Below, piece after piece: positions 49,702-59,994 of a DNA stretch of 64,000 nucleotides. Numbering within the stretch: the first letter of the stretch is position 1; every line of letters starts with the position of its first letter. The notes below the pieces were generated by a model. That model was not told where the DNA came from and did no database searches. It worked only from the letters and a program-made list of their open reading frames with translations. The translations under genes and the position numbers were made by a program. Source of the DNA: Chthonomonadales bacterium (GTDB lineage: Bacteria; Armatimonadota; Chthonomonadetes; Chthonomonadales; CAJBBX01); the NCBI GenBank assembly GCA_037443035.1, contig JBBIPC010000014.1, forward strand, positions 1 through 64,000, read 5' to 3'.

Positions 49702-50577
49702 ATGCAGCTTCCCTTCGAGATCCTCGCCCGTACGCACTACGCCAAGGCCGAGGAGTATTGGCGAGCGGACCGCCTCGAGGCAGCACATGCCGCCATGACG
49801 CTTGCCATGCAGGCCGGCATGAGCCCGAGCGACGTCTATGATCGGCAGCGGACGATCGACGCCGAGCTCGCCGCGCGTCGGAACTGTCTGCGATGGCGCC
49901 CCACGGAGCATCTGGTGCTGGAGCTGCCATCTGACAGATCGTCCCATCTGCATGCCACGGTGTTGTGTGTAGCAATGGCGGCATGGACGGATGTTACCGA
50001 GACGCTCCGTATACGATGGGGCAAGCCGGTTCTCGTTGCCGTATTCCGGGACGCGGAATCCTCGCTCTTCCTGCACGCCCGGTATGGCTACTACAGCGAG
50101 CGCTCGGAATCCCACAAGGTCTGTCTGCCCTGCGACCTGCTCCAGAGCGCTGCCAGCCTTCGACGAGCACTTCTTCACGAGGTTTCGCACGCAGCGCTGC
50201 ACAACTATATCGGAGACACAGTGCCCCGATGGTTCGACGAGGGAGTCGCAGTATGGATGGAAGGCGGAGGAGACTCGCTCGAGCGACGACAGCTCCGTAT
50301 TCGGGCCAGCCAGAGAGACCGGCCGAGCATGGACCAGATCTCCTCACTTCTCAGTAGCTACGGTACGGACCTCGACAGTACTGCGGCTGGGGTTGCCTAT
50401 GTTGCTGCCGGATCGTTCGTGAGCTTCGTCGTCACCCATAGCGGCATCGAAGGTCTGCGAAGCGCGCTCATGCTATCGGCATCTGGCGAAGACTTCGGAC
50501 GCGCGTTTCGGTACGCCACAGGACGGGGTCTACGGGAGTGGGAGACGGCCTGGCGCTGTGCGTTGGTGACTGGCTAG
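49702..50577 (+). CDS. Clan MA zinc peptidase-like protein
   Basis: HEVSH plus PRWFDEGVA. Confidence 0.78.
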   Translation: MQLPFEILARTHYAKAEEYWRADRLEAAHAAMTLAMQAGMSPSDVYDRQRTIDAELAARRNCLRWRPTEHLVLELPSDRSSHLHATVLCVAMAAWTDVTETLRIRWGKPVLVAVFRDAESSLFLHARYGYYSERSESHKVCLPCDLLQSAASLRRALLHEVSHAALHNYIGDTVPRWFDEGVAVWMEGGGDSLERRQLRIRASQRDRPSMDQISSLLSSYGTDLDSTAAGVAYVAAGSFVSFVVTHSGIEGLRSALMLSASGEDFGRAFRYATGRGLREWETAWRCALVTG

Positions 50578-51185
50578 CGTCGTGGCGCCAGCCGCTCCAC
50601 GTGGTAATGCCCAGCGATGGCTCGCAGGGCGGTGCGCGTAGGACCCATGTTCAATAAGGCTAGCAGGTACACGCCAACGACGATGGCCGCAATGCCCCAC
50701 TGGGCGGCCGCCACCCTGCTACTCTTGCCCTCGGCCAGCGCAACATAGGCGCGGTCCACGTCGAGTAGGTACGCGCTGAAGATCCACAGCGCGATATTCA
50801 GAAGCCCGAATGTAGTACCCAAGCCCACGAAGCCAATAGGAATCTCGATGAGTCGCCCAATCTGATGTAACGTGTGGCCTGTCACGATGCCATAACCTCC
50901 AACGATCAGCAGCGACAACGACATGTCGGCGATCGTCACGTACGTCATCCAGACCATGGCATACCAGCCCCAGCGGCGGTGGTGGAGAGCCGCCCAGATC
51001 GCCGCTAGCATGAAGAAGGCTGCTACCCAGACCTCACGCGGCAGGCTTCCTGTCTGCGAGACACGGACCGCCAACCAGTAGACGTTGTCGAACACCCAGA
51101 GGAACGCTACCACACGAACGCCGCTGAGGACGGCTGCTCGTGTCTTGCTCGAACTCCCAGTGGGTGTCGTATCAGGCTGACTCAC
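50574..51185 (-). CDS. Hypothetical multi-pass membrane protein
   Basis: About 5 hydrophobic segments. Confidence 0.6.
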   Translation of the reverse strand: MSQPDTTPTGSSSKTRAAVLSGVRVVAFLWVFDNVYWLAVRVSQTGSLPREVWVAAFFMLAAIWAALHHRRWGWYAMVWMTYVTIADMSLSLLIVGGYGIVTGHTLHQIGRLIEIPIGFVGLGTTFGLLNIALWIFSAYLLDVDRAYVALAEGKSSRVAAAQWGIAAIVVGVYLLALLNMGPTRTALRAIAGHYHVERLAPRR

Positions 51186-51330
51186 TCGAATTCACCGTGG
51201 CGAAATATCACGCAGCAATACTCGGCTCTCACTTCTCTACTCGCAGACCTACACGATGATCCGGAAAGGCCACGCGAGAGCACATCGGCGTGCCTGGCAG
51301 CACTCGACCAATGCCACCATGCAAGGACAC

Positions 51331-52275
51331 TTATCTCGACGAAGAATCCTCCGCCCGTACCGCCGGCGCGCCCACCGAGGCACGTGGCTGCCGGTCCTGG
51401 AGCACCAGCCATACGCCAGACAAGAGCAACACGGCCCCGACCGCCTGCACAGATCCGACGGGTTCGGCGAAGAACCACCATGCGAGCACGCCGGCCACCA
51501 CCGGTTCTAGAAGAGTCGCGGTACCAACTACCGCAGGGGTGAAATGAACCAAGGACCAGTTCAGCATAGTATGGCCCAAGAGTTGCGGCACAAGTGCCAT
51601 TCCCACGACGGCGCCCCACGCTCCGGTGCTCGAGGGCACCGGGATGCGGCCTTCGGTCCCGAAGCTCCATGTCAGCATTGTCAATGCCGCAGCGGTGTAC
51701 GTCCAACACACCACACGCCCTGTACCTAGGCTCACCTGCAGGTCGGACGTCAGCATGAAGTAGGCGGCGATGAGTGCTGCTCCACCCACAGCCAGTGCGT
51801 CGCCGACGGGCCCCGAGCCACCTGTTCGAACCGACATGGCCGCGGATGGACCACCGCTTACCAGCCACGAGCCGCCCAGCGCAACCGTCAGGCCAGCCCA
51901 GAACTGCTTCGACGGAGGGACGCGCCGATAGACCCAGGTACCGAGAACGGCCCATACGGGCGTGGTGGAAACCAGCAGCGTAGAACGCGCAACTGAGACG
52001 TGCTGGAGGGAGGCGAACCATGCCCAGAAGTGGCCAGCCATGGCCGCGCCGGCCATCACCAATCGGGTGCGCTCTGGCCAGCTCAGCGCTCGGCGGTCGC
52101 TAGGCGCCCGTCGCGCATGGGTCAGCCCCAGCACGGCGGCCGAGGCCAGCACCAATCGCCACATGGTCATGTCTCGCGGAGTGAGGTGAGCGGCCAGTCC
52201 CCACCGCGCCAGGACCGCCGCCGACCCCACAGCTACCTGCGACAAGACGAGCACTAGATGCGCCATGAGCCACAC
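51331..52275 (-). CDS. EamA/DMT family transporter
   Basis: About 10 TM helices; HFWAWFASL, STTPVW, GHTMLNWSL, LLEPV. Confidence 0.9.
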   Translation of the reverse strand: MWLMAHLVLVLSQVAVGSAAVLARWGLAAHLTPRDMTMWRLVLASAAVLGLTHARRAPSDRRALSWPERTRLVMAGAAMAGHFWAWFASLQHVSVARSTLLVSTTPVWAVLGTWVYRRVPPSKQFWAGLTVALGGSWLVSGGPSAAMSVRTGGSGPVGDALAVGGAALIAAYFMLTSDLQVSLGTGRVVCWTYTAAALTMLTWSFGTEGRIPVPSSTGAWGAVVGMALVPQLLGHTMLNWSLVHFTPAVVGTATLLEPVVAGVLAWWFFAEPVGSVQAVGAVLLLSGVWLVLQDRQPRASVGAPAVRAEDSSSR

Positions 52276-52306
52276 CGACGACCGCCCGCGTTCCTGACGT
52301 GTGCAC

Positions 52307-53104
52307 TCAGTATTTCACTGGCCCTTCCGACACAGCCGCTCCGACACACTCCCCAGCCACGCGATTCGCTTCGGCCAGCATGAAACCCAGCTCGCTACTC
52401 ACCGCGATGAACCGGAAGCCTTCCGCCATGCGCCGTCTGGCCTGCTCGACTGTGCCTACGTGGATCCCCGGAGCGATGCCGAACCGACGTGCCGTATCCC
52501 GTAGCCTGCGGACGGCTTCGACGAAATCGGGATCCGGTACCTCCATGGCGGGGGTTCTGCCCATGGACGCCAGGAGGTCGTTGGGGCCGATGAACATGGC
52601 ATCGAGACCCGGCACCGAGAAGATCTGCTCGCATCGCTCCACCGCGAGGACGTGCTCCGCCTGCACAACGACGAGGATTTCATCGTTGGCCCGGTGGAAG
52701 TACTCCGTTCCGTTCGTAGCGAAGTTCAAGACGTGCATGCCGCCGCCGACGCTACGCCGACCGATGGGGGGATACTTGCATACCGCCACGGCTTCTTCCG
52801 CCTCCTCACGGCTGTTGCACATGGGGAAGATAATGCCGTAGGCGCCCGCATCCAAGGCACGCTTGGCGCTTTCCAGGTTCGTGAAGGGAACGCGTGCCAG
52901 CGGCACGCAACCTGCATCGGCGATCAGGCCGAAGATGAGCGCGGCCGTCTCCCAATCGGCAGGGCTATGCTCGATGTCTAGGGTAAGCCAGCGGAAACCT
53001 GTCCTCGCCATGAAACGGGCTGCTATGGGGCTCGCCAGCGATAGCCACGTGCCGACTTGGACCTCGTCGGCCCTGAGAGCTGCCTTGACGGGATTACTGC
53101 GCAT
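52307..53104 (-). CDS. HpcH/HpaI aldolase
   Basis: LDIEHSP, RALDAGAYGIIFP, KYPPIGRR, FIGPNDL. Confidence 0.92.
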   Translation of the reverse strand: MRSNPVKAALRADEVQVGTWLSLASPIAARFMARTGFRWLTLDIEHSPADWETAALIFGLIADAGCVPLARVPFTNLESAKRALDAGAYGIIFPMCNSREEAEEAVAVCKYPPIGRRSVGGGMHVLNFATNGTEYFHRANDEILVVVQAEHVLAVERCEQIFSVPGLDAMFIGPNDLLASMGRTPAMEVPDPDFVEAVRRLRDTARRFGIAPGIHVGTVEQARRRMAEGFRFIAVSSELGFMLAEANRVAGECVGAAVSEGPVKY

Positions 53105-54104
53105 GGAACACCTCCTTTGGCCGCGGTGCTCGTAGTAGAGGTGACTGAAACACCTCCGGATTCAGTGTGGATGCCGGTGCGATACCGCGCATGAGTAGCA
53201 GTACATTCTGTGCCGCCATGAGACACATGCGACTGGCTGCTTCTACGGCGTTGAAGGCATTGTGGGCTGTGAGGATCAACCGCGGGGCGCTCCGCAGGGG
53301 GTCATCCGGCGCCAACGGCTCATCGCACGTGACGTCCAGGGCAGCGCCGGCTATGACACCTTGCTCGAGCGCCCGGATCAGCGCCGGTTCATCCACAAGA
53401 GATCCTCGGGATGTGTTGATGAAGTATGCTGTTGGCTTCATGCGCGCAAACTGCTCCGCGCCCAACATGCCCTTTGTCTCGGGGATGGCGGGTGCGTGCA
53501 GGCTGACGAAATCACTCTCTTCGAGCAGCCGTTCCAGCGTGACCATCTCCACCGTCTCCGATGCACCTCGGGTACACGGGTCATGGGCCAGGATGCGCAT
53601 GTCGAACCCTGCCATGCGCCGCGCCACAGCTCGACCGATCTGACCGTAGCCAACCAGTCCCAGCGTCTTGCCATACACTAACGTGCCGGCAAGTTCGTTC
53701 CAGCCGCCGTCATGGACCGTGCGATCCAGCTCTACAATGCGCCGAGCACAGGCGATGATCAGCCCGACAGTGAAATCCGCTACGGCGTCCACCATGGCAC
53801 CGGGAGTGTTCGTGCACACCACGCCGGCCTGCGTGGCCGCCTGGACGTCCACGGCGTCGTATCCCACGCCCACCCTCGATACGATCTTGAGCTGGGGGAT
53901 GCCAGCGAACACCTCGGCAGTGTAGTCTTCTGAGGACGCGAGAACTGCGTCACACCCATGCAGGATCTCGATCAGCTCCGCGGTTGGATAGCGTGCGAAA
54001 CGTGGTGGTCGGACGACCGTACATCCGGCTTCTTCGAGAGCCGACTGCGCCTCCGTGCCGTGATTCCAGAATGCACGGGAGGTGCCAAGCACACGCCAGC
54101 TCAT
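53094..54104 (-). CDS. D-isomer-specific 2-hydroxyacid dehydrogenase (SerA-like)
   Basis: RVGVGYD, GYGQIG, INTSRG, ALDV..DEP, TAHNA. Confidence 0.9.
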   Translation of the reverse strand: MSWRVLGTSRAFWNHGTEAQSALEEAGCTVVRPPRFARYPTAELIEILHGCDAVLASSEDYTAEVFAGIPQLKIVSRVGVGYDAVDVQAATQAGVVCTNTPGAMVDAVADFTVGLIIACARRIVELDRTVHDGGWNELAGTLVYGKTLGLVGYGQIGRAVARRMAGFDMRILAHDPCTRGASETVEMVTLERLLEESDFVSLHAPAIPETKGMLGAEQFARMKPTAYFINTSRGSLVDEPALIRALEQGVIAGAALDVTCDEPLAPDDPLRSAPRLILTAHNAFNAVEAASRMCLMAAQNVLLLMRGIAPASTLNPEVFQSPLLRAPRPKEVFHAQ

Positions 54105-54131
54105 GGACTTACGTCCTCAGGTTCGCATTGG

Positions 54132-55103
54132 CTACCATGCACCCACATAGAGGACCTCCTCTTCGAGTTGCACCCCGAAACGTTCGGCGACCCGCTGCTT
54201 CACCAGGTCTGCCACCGCTCGAACGTCGGATGCCGAAGCCCCACCCCGATTGACGATGAAGTTCGCGTGGCGCACACTGACTTCAGCTCCCCCGATGCGC
54301 AGGCCTTTACAGCCGCACGCAGCGCTCAAGTAGCCTGCAGGCACAACGCCGGCTTCTCGTAGCTCGCTGGGAAGACCGGTTATGCGTTCGGCGAGGTCGT
54401 GGTCGTAGACGTTCTTGAAGAAGCTGCCTGCTGAAGGCTGCCACGGCTGGCGATGGATGCGATTGTGCTGGTACTGCCTTGCCTCTTTCAGGATCTCCTC
54501 TTTCGGACGAGGCCGCAACTCCAGCTCCACTGCGACAACGCAATCCGTATGTGACGCGGATCTGCGTAGGCGGCTGTCCCTGTAGCCGAACTCCATCCAA
54601 GCTGCAGGAACGCGCCTAAGTTCACCCGCCTCTACCACGATTAGCGATCGAACGAGGGGACCGATGGAGCGCCGATAGGCACCTGCGTTGGACACGAGCG
54701 CACCGCCGACTGTTCCTGGGATGCCGACTGCGAACTCCAGACCGCCAAGACCCTGACACATCGTTCGGAGGAACAGACGGATGAGGTTGTGGCCGCAGGA
54801 GACACGCACGGTCTCACTGAAGGAAATGTTCTGCGCCCGGTTGTGGATGACCAGCCCGCGAATCCCGGCGTCCGCCACGCAGACATTGCTCCCGCCACCC
54901 AGCACGAACCATGGAATGTCGTGGTGCTGGGCAAGTGCAACGGCCTCCGCAAGTTCATCGTCCGTCTGAACCGTCAGGTAGAACTCGGCAGGTCCACCTA
55001 CCTGTAACGTCGTGAGGGGCGCCAGCGGGACGCCCCTCAAGACGCGGCTTCGAAGCGGTTCCGGCAAGTCCTGCACCGCTCGTTCAGAGGCTGACGAGGG
55101 CAA
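54132..55103 (-). CDS. murB: UDP-N-acetylmuramate dehydrogenase
   Basis: VGGPA, GGGSN, GIPGTVGG..SNAGAY, SAGSFFKN, HANFIVN, LEEEV; start uncertain. Confidence 0.93.
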   Translation of the reverse strand: MPSSASERAVQDLPEPLRSRVLRGVPLAPLTTLQVGGPAEFYLTVQTDDELAEAVALAQHHDIPWFVLGGGSNVCVADAGIRGLVIHNRAQNISFSETVRVSCGHNLIRLFLRTMCQGLGGLEFAVGIPGTVGGALVSNAGAYRRSIGPLVRSLIVVEAGELRRVPAAWMEFGYRDSRLRRSASHTDCVVAVELELRPRPKEEILKEARQYQHNRIHRQPWQPSAGSFFKNVYDHDLAERITGLPSELREAGVVPAGYLSAACGCKGLRIGGAEVSVRHANFIVNRGGASASDVRAVADLVKQRVAERFGVQLEEEVLYVGAW

Positions 55104-55143
55104 CTCTTGCGGACCTACCGGCTCCCCATACCCGACGATGCGA

Positions 55144-55935
55144 TCACGGCTTCGCCGGTCCAGGCGTCGCGTCTCCCTTGGCCAGACCCAGCGCCCAACG
55201 GATGCCGCCAAGCATGTGCTGCCGTACCACCTCGTTCTCCCACACGTCTCCTCGATGGCCAAAGGCAGTGTAGAAAACGCGCCCCTTGCCATGCATCTTG
55301 CACCATGCGAGCAGGCAATCGCCAGGCTGATTGGCGACTGGCCGACCATCATCGGGATTCTTGTCCAGGTAGAGCAGCACGTGAACCTTGGACCGGTCGT
55401 TGTGCTTGAAGATGTACACCTCTTCGAGGATCTTCGTCCCTTTCACCCATGACGCTGTCGCGGGGTGTTTGGGGTCCTGAACTAACGGCTCGATGGTGCA
55501 CTGGCGTCCGTGGGTGAGGAACTCGTCTCCGATGAGGTCGAGGTAGTCCGCATTGCCATGGTACGTGTCCGTGGCCGCATGCATGCCGATGAAGGCCTTG
55601 CCGCCCTTGATCCACTCGATGAAGGCCTTGAGGTCCGGGATCCCGAGGTCCCCCGTCGTGTTGTTGAAGATAACGCCATCGAACTTGTTGGCGTTGAGGT
55701 ATTCCGGCGTGAGCATACGCTTCACATCATCGGCATTGCGGCAGAATTCGAGGGTGAAGATGCCCGTTCGCTCGCCGATCTCCAGGAGAGTCTTCTCTCC
55801 CACGGCGATGCCCTCTTCGTGCCGGAATCCTGCAGTGTGGCTTACCAGCAGGAGTTTCTTCTTCGGCGGAGCTGCGTACGCCATTGGCAGGCAACACGCT
55901 GCCAGAACAACCAAGACCATGAGACGCATTTCCAT
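55144..55935 (-). CDS. Secreted ThuA-like domain protein
   Basis: Signal peptide, TAGFRH, GMHAATD, GKGRVFYTAFGH. Confidence 0.85.
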   Translation of the reverse strand: MEMRLMVLVVLAACCLPMAYAAPPKKKLLLVSHTAGFRHEEGIAVGEKTLLEIGERTGIFTLEFCRNADDVKRMLTPEYLNANKFDGVIFNNTTGDLGIPDLKAFIEWIKGGKAFIGMHAATDTYHGNADYLDLIGDEFLTHGRQCTIEPLVQDPKHPATASWVKGTKILEEVYIFKHNDRSKVHVLLYLDKNPDDGRPVANQPGDCLLAWCKMHGKGRVFYTAFGHRGDVWENEVVRQHMLGGIRWALGLAKGDATPGPAKP

Positions 55936-56082
55936 GCGAAACCTCCCTTTCCGAGCCTCGCTTCATCCTCCGTGCCCGCTTCGCCTTCCTCTTCGACGTA
56001 TGCCTTGCGGCTTCCTGCATCGCAACGAAGTGTATAATACAGTACAGACGCGCGTAGGCTGAGCGCTGTTCGGAGGGGAACT

Positions 56083-56739
56083 GTGCCAAGTCCAACTACC
56101 CAGAAAGTCCCTGTACCGGCTCTGGAGCGGCTCGCCACGTACCATCGGCATCTCCTCGACCTGGAATCCGAACAGGTGGCCACGATCTCGTCGGCGGAGC
56201 TCGAGCAACATACCGGCATACCAGCCGCCCAGTTTCGCAAGGATCTCTCCTACTTCGGGGAGTTCGGCAAGCCCGGCGTAGGCTACAAGGTCTCCGACCT
56301 CCGAGCAGCCATCGGCCGCATCCTCCATGTGGACGAAGAGCAGAAGGTCATACTGGTTGGGGCCGGTAACTTAGGCGCCGCGCTCGTGGGCTATCCAGGT
56401 CTCAAGGAGCAGAAGTTCACCCTCGTGGCGGTCTTCGACAACAACTATGCCAAGATCGGGCGCAGGCTCTGGGACATGGAGATTCTGGACGTCGCTCGAC
56501 TCCAAGAGGTAAACGCCATCCACCAGGCGGGCATTGGCATTCTCGCCGTCCCCCGGCACGCCGCCCAGGAAGCTGCCGACGCCATGATCGCCGCCGGTGT
56601 ACGTTGCATCCTGAACTTCGCTCCCACGGTTCTTAGAGTGCCTCCGGAGGTCACCGTGCGGAACGTATCCTTCGTGCAGGAGCTGGCAGTCCTCTCTTAC
56701 CACCTTGCGGCAGCGAACCCGTGCCAAGAAGCCAAATGA
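56083..56739 (+). CDS. rex: Redox-sensing repressor Rex
   Basis: ERLATY, RKDLSYFGEFGKPGVGY, VGAGNLG, ILNFAP. Confidence 0.95.
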   Translation: MPSPTTQKVPVPALERLATYHRHLLDLESEQVATISSAELEQHTGIPAAQFRKDLSYFGEFGKPGVGYKVSDLRAAIGRILHVDEEQKVILVGAGNLGAALVGYPGLKEQKFTLVAVFDNNYAKIGRRLWDMEILDVARLQEVNAIHQAGIGILAVPRHAAQEAADAMIAAGVRCILNFAPTVLRVPPEVTVRNVSFVQELAVLSYHLAAANPCQEAK

Positions 56740-56788
56740 CGCTTGCCATTGGTGTGCCCTCGTGGGGCAAGGGGTGCTCGAAAGCGGT

Positions 56789-58420
56789 ATGATCGGCACC
56801 CAGGAGACAGACTTCCTCGTCATTGGGAGCGGCATCGCAGGTCTCACCTTCGTCCGGAAGGTGGCAGGTTGTGGCCTGACCGTCATGCTGACGAAGAAGG
56901 ATCGGGCCGAATCGAACACCAACTACGCCCAGGGCGGCATTGCCGGCGTCATGTCGCCAGACGACAGCTTCGAGCTGCATGCCAGGGATACCCTCGCAGC
57001 GGGAGCGGGCCTCTGTCACGAGGACGCGGTGAACACACTCGTAGCGGAGGGGCCAGCGAGAATCCGCGAACTCATCGAGATCGGCGCAAGGTTTTCCTTG
57101 GAGCGAGACGCCTCCGGGCGTGAAGTCCTTGCTCTCGGCCGCGAGGGCGGTCACTCACGTAATCGAATCGTGCACGCCGTGGACCGAACGGGTTGGGAAT
57201 GCGAGCGCACGTTGCTGGCGTCCCTGCGAGACCGCACGGACCTTCGCATCCTCGAGCATTGGTTCGTCATTGACTTGGCCATCGCTAGCGTCCACGGACA
57301 GGATACGTGCGCTGGTGCCTATGCCCTGAATACCGCCACCGGCGAGATATGCTTGTTCAAGGCGAAGGCTGTACTCTTGGCAACTGGCGGCTGCGGGAGA
57401 ATCTACCTGCACACCACGAACCCGGATATCGCCACCGGCGATGGTGTCGCTATGGCGTGGCGCGCAGGCGCCGCCATTGCCAATATGGAGTTCATTCAGT
57501 TCCATCCGACAACCCTCTACCATCCCCACGGTCGGTCGTTCCTCATCTCCGAGGCCGTCCGAGGCGAAGGCGGTATCCTGCGCACTTCCGATGGCGAGCC
57601 GTTCATGCACCGATACCACCCGATGGGTGACCTTGCTCCGCGCGATATCGTCGCTCGGGCCATTCATACCGAGCGTCTGAAGCGCGGAGAGCCGTGTGTC
57701 TACCTCGACGTCACGCACCTCGGCGACGACTTTCTGCGGCGCAGGTTTCCAACTATCCATGCTCGCTGCATGGAGCTCGGCATTGATATCTCCACAGAGC
57801 CCATACCAGTCGTCCCTGCAGCCCACTACATGTGCGGGGGTGTTCAGACGGATCTCGACGGTCGGACCACCCTGCCGGGTCTCTTCGCGGCAGGCGAAGT
57901 GGCGTGCACAGGTGTGCACGGTGCCAACCGACTCGCCTCCAACTCCCTGCTCGAAGCCATGGTCTTCGGGCATCGGGCGGCGGAAAGCGCCAAGCAGCAT
58001 GCCGCAGCGATGGCGAGCACGGGAGAGCTAGTCCCACGGCCAGCGCTCCTGGATGGTGAGCAAGCCATCGAGGGCGGCACAGAAGCGCCGCCTCCTGCGG
58101 TCGTAGGGGCCGCACGTCGGCATCTACAGGCCGTGATGCATGACTACGTGGGCATCGTTCGCAACGTTCGTGGCCTGAACGCTGCGCGGGTCGAAGTCGC
58201 GCGCTTCCGGAAGGAAGCTCGCGATCTCGTTCGTGACTGCACCCCGGATGTTGACGTGCTCGAGTTCCGGAATATGAGCGATGTGGCAGCTCTCGTTGTG
58301 CACTGCGCCCTTCAGCGCAGGGAGTCCCGGGGTCTGCACTACATCCTGGACTACCCGAACACCGACGATACCCAGCGCCATGATAGCGTCGTTACCAAGT
58401 CGGATTCCCTGGACAGGTAA
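56789..58420 (+). CDS. nadB: L-aspartate oxidase
   Basis: GSGIAG, YAQGGIA, REGGHS, QFHPT, HYMCGG, GANRLASNSLLE, ESRGLHY. Confidence 0.95.
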   Translation: MIGTQETDFLVIGSGIAGLTFVRKVAGCGLTVMLTKKDRAESNTNYAQGGIAGVMSPDDSFELHARDTLAAGAGLCHEDAVNTLVAEGPARIRELIEIGARFSLERDASGREVLALGREGGHSRNRIVHAVDRTGWECERTLLASLRDRTDLRILEHWFVIDLAIASVHGQDTCAGAYALNTATGEICLFKAKAVLLATGGCGRIYLHTTNPDIATGDGVAMAWRAGAAIANMEFIQFHPTTLYHPHGRSFLISEAVRGEGGILRTSDGEPFMHRYHPMGDLAPRDIVARAIHTERLKRGEPCVYLDVTHLGDDFLRRRFPTIHARCMELGIDISTEPIPVVPAAHYMCGGVQTDLDGRTTLPGLFAAGEVACTGVHGANRLASNSLLEAMVFGHRAAESAKQHAAAMASTGELVPRPALLDGEQAIEGGTEAPPPAVVGAARRHLQAVMHDYVGIVRNVRGLNAARVEVARFRKEARDLVRDCTPDVDVLEFRNMSDVAALVVHCALQRRESRGLHYILDYPNTDDTQRHDSVVTKSDSLDR

Positions 58421-58442
58421 TCCTGTCCCACGTCCCACGCGG

Positions 58443-58550
58443 TCTTGCCTCATCTAAGAACCTGACCGAGAGCGTCTTGCGGTACGGGTGAGAGCGGGTG
58501 AATGCAATCCCATGTTCTTGGCAATAGCGGCATAGGTGGGCGTTACCAAA
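58443..58550 (-). pseudogene. Short remnant of a DDE (integrase-core) transposase
   Basis: Translates as FGNAHLCRYCQEHGIAFTRSHPYRK|TLSVRFLDEAR, resembling the 'EFINxxLxxxCxxxGIxFTRSRPYxKND' segment of rve-type transposases (recalled, not searched). Confidence 0.6.
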
Positions 58551-58563
58551 GGTATGATGAAGT

Positions 58564-59919
58564 ATGCGCCGCACGTCTCGGTCCCGCTCCAGTTCCAGCC
58601 GTCCTGCATTACGACGCATCCTTTATCCCTTCCAGCAGTTCCTCCAGCTCGAGACGTCCAGCGGCGTCCTCTTGCTCGTCTGCACCACTATCGCCTTGGT
58701 CTGGGCTAACTCCAGCTACGGAGACATCTACCGACAAATCCTGGACACACCAATTACCGTCGGCGTGGGCAAGTGGCTGTCGCGACACTCGGTACTATTC
58801 TGGATCAACGATGGGCTGATGGCGGTGTTTTTCTTCGTGGTTGGCCTGGAAATCAAGCGCGAGGTGATTGGTGGTGAGCTGGCCGACAAGAAGAAGGCCG
58901 CACTGCCCATCATTGCAGCCTTCGGAGGCATGGTAGCGCCGGCGTGCATCTATGCCTCGCTAAACTGGGGTACGGCCGACATCCATGGCTGGGGCGTGCC
59001 CGTGGCCACGGATATCGCATTCGCGATTGGCGTGCTTACGATTCTGGGGGCCAGGGCACCGATCGCACTGAAGGTCTTTCTTACGGCTCTTGCCATTGCC
59101 GACGATATCGGGGCCGTGGTAGTGATTGCGTTGTTCTACGGTCACGGCTTCGTTCCTGCGGCGCTCGCCTTGGGTCTTGGCGTTCTAGCACTGTCGTGGG
59201 TTCTGGGGCGGATGGGGCTGCGTTCGCCAATGGCCTTCGCGCTCCTGGGTATCGGCGTATGGGCGGCCTTCCTGCAGTCAGGCGTGCATGCCACCGTTGC
59301 GGGCGTCCTTCTCGCCCTGACTGTCCCAGCAACCACCGAACTTGACGGTGATGAGTTCCGAGCCCGTGTCGAGGGGGCCATGGATGACTTCGCGCGGTTG
59401 CCGCGAGACGGTGTGCCGACCCTTGCCGCCGAGCAGCAAGCAGCGATTTCCGCCCTGGAAAGCGCGTGCGAGTCCGTGCAGACCCCACTCCAGCGTCTAG
59501 AGCGGATGCTCCATCCCTGGGTGTCGTACGCCATCATGCCGGTCTTCGCGCTGGCCAATGCTGGAGTTCACATTGCGGGCATTGGCAAGCTAGAGCATCT
59601 TGGCGTTCCCCTTGGCGTCATCCTTGGCCTGGTGATTGGCAAGCCGCTGGGAATCACCGCGGCCTCATGGCTCGCAGTTCGGTTTCGCCTTGCCGAGAAG
59701 CCAAGCGACGTGACCTGGAGGCAGATACTCGGCGCCGGTGTCTTGGGAGGCATTGGCTTCACCATGGCCTTGTTCATCGCCGGACTGTCCTACCGTCATC
59801 CCGCGACGCTCGCGGCGGCGAAGGCCAGTATCCTCGGAGCGTCCCTCGTCGCTGGCGTGGTTGGATACGCGTCTCTGCGATGGTGCTCGGTGCATTGCCG
59901 CAAACCAACGGCGGACTGA
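58564..59919 (+). CDS. nhaA: Na+/H+ antiporter NhaA
   Basis: WINDGLMAVFF, GLEIKRE, ATDIAFA, LAIADDIG, GIGFTMALFI. Confidence 0.95.
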   Translation: MRRTSRSRSSSSRPALRRILYPFQQFLQLETSSGVLLLVCTTIALVWANSSYGDIYRQILDTPITVGVGKWLSRHSVLFWINDGLMAVFFFVVGLEIKREVIGGELADKKKAALPIIAAFGGMVAPACIYASLNWGTADIHGWGVPVATDIAFAIGVLTILGARAPIALKVFLTALAIADDIGAVVVIALFYGHGFVPAALALGLGVLALSWVLGRMGLRSPMAFALLGIGVWAAFLQSGVHATVAGVLLALTVPATTELDGDEFRARVEGAMDDFARLPRDGVPTLAAEQQAAISALESACESVQTPLQRLERMLHPWVSYAIMPVFALANAGVHIAGIGKLEHLGVPLGVILGLVIGKPLGITAASWLAVRFRLAEKPSDVTWRQILGAGVLGGIGFTMALFIAGLSYRHPATLAAAKASILGASLVAGVVGYASLRWCSVHCRKPTAD

Positions 59920-59994
59920 GCATCAGACGAGCTTCGCTCGCGTGAACTAGGGTGCGGGACAGAGATCCCGGACTGTCCAAGACGTGTGATGCCC

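Noticed and set aside
51182..52021. 279-aa ORF overlapping the EamA gene in another frame
   Set aside because: Arg/Gly-rich with no motifs; the EamA frame explains the region
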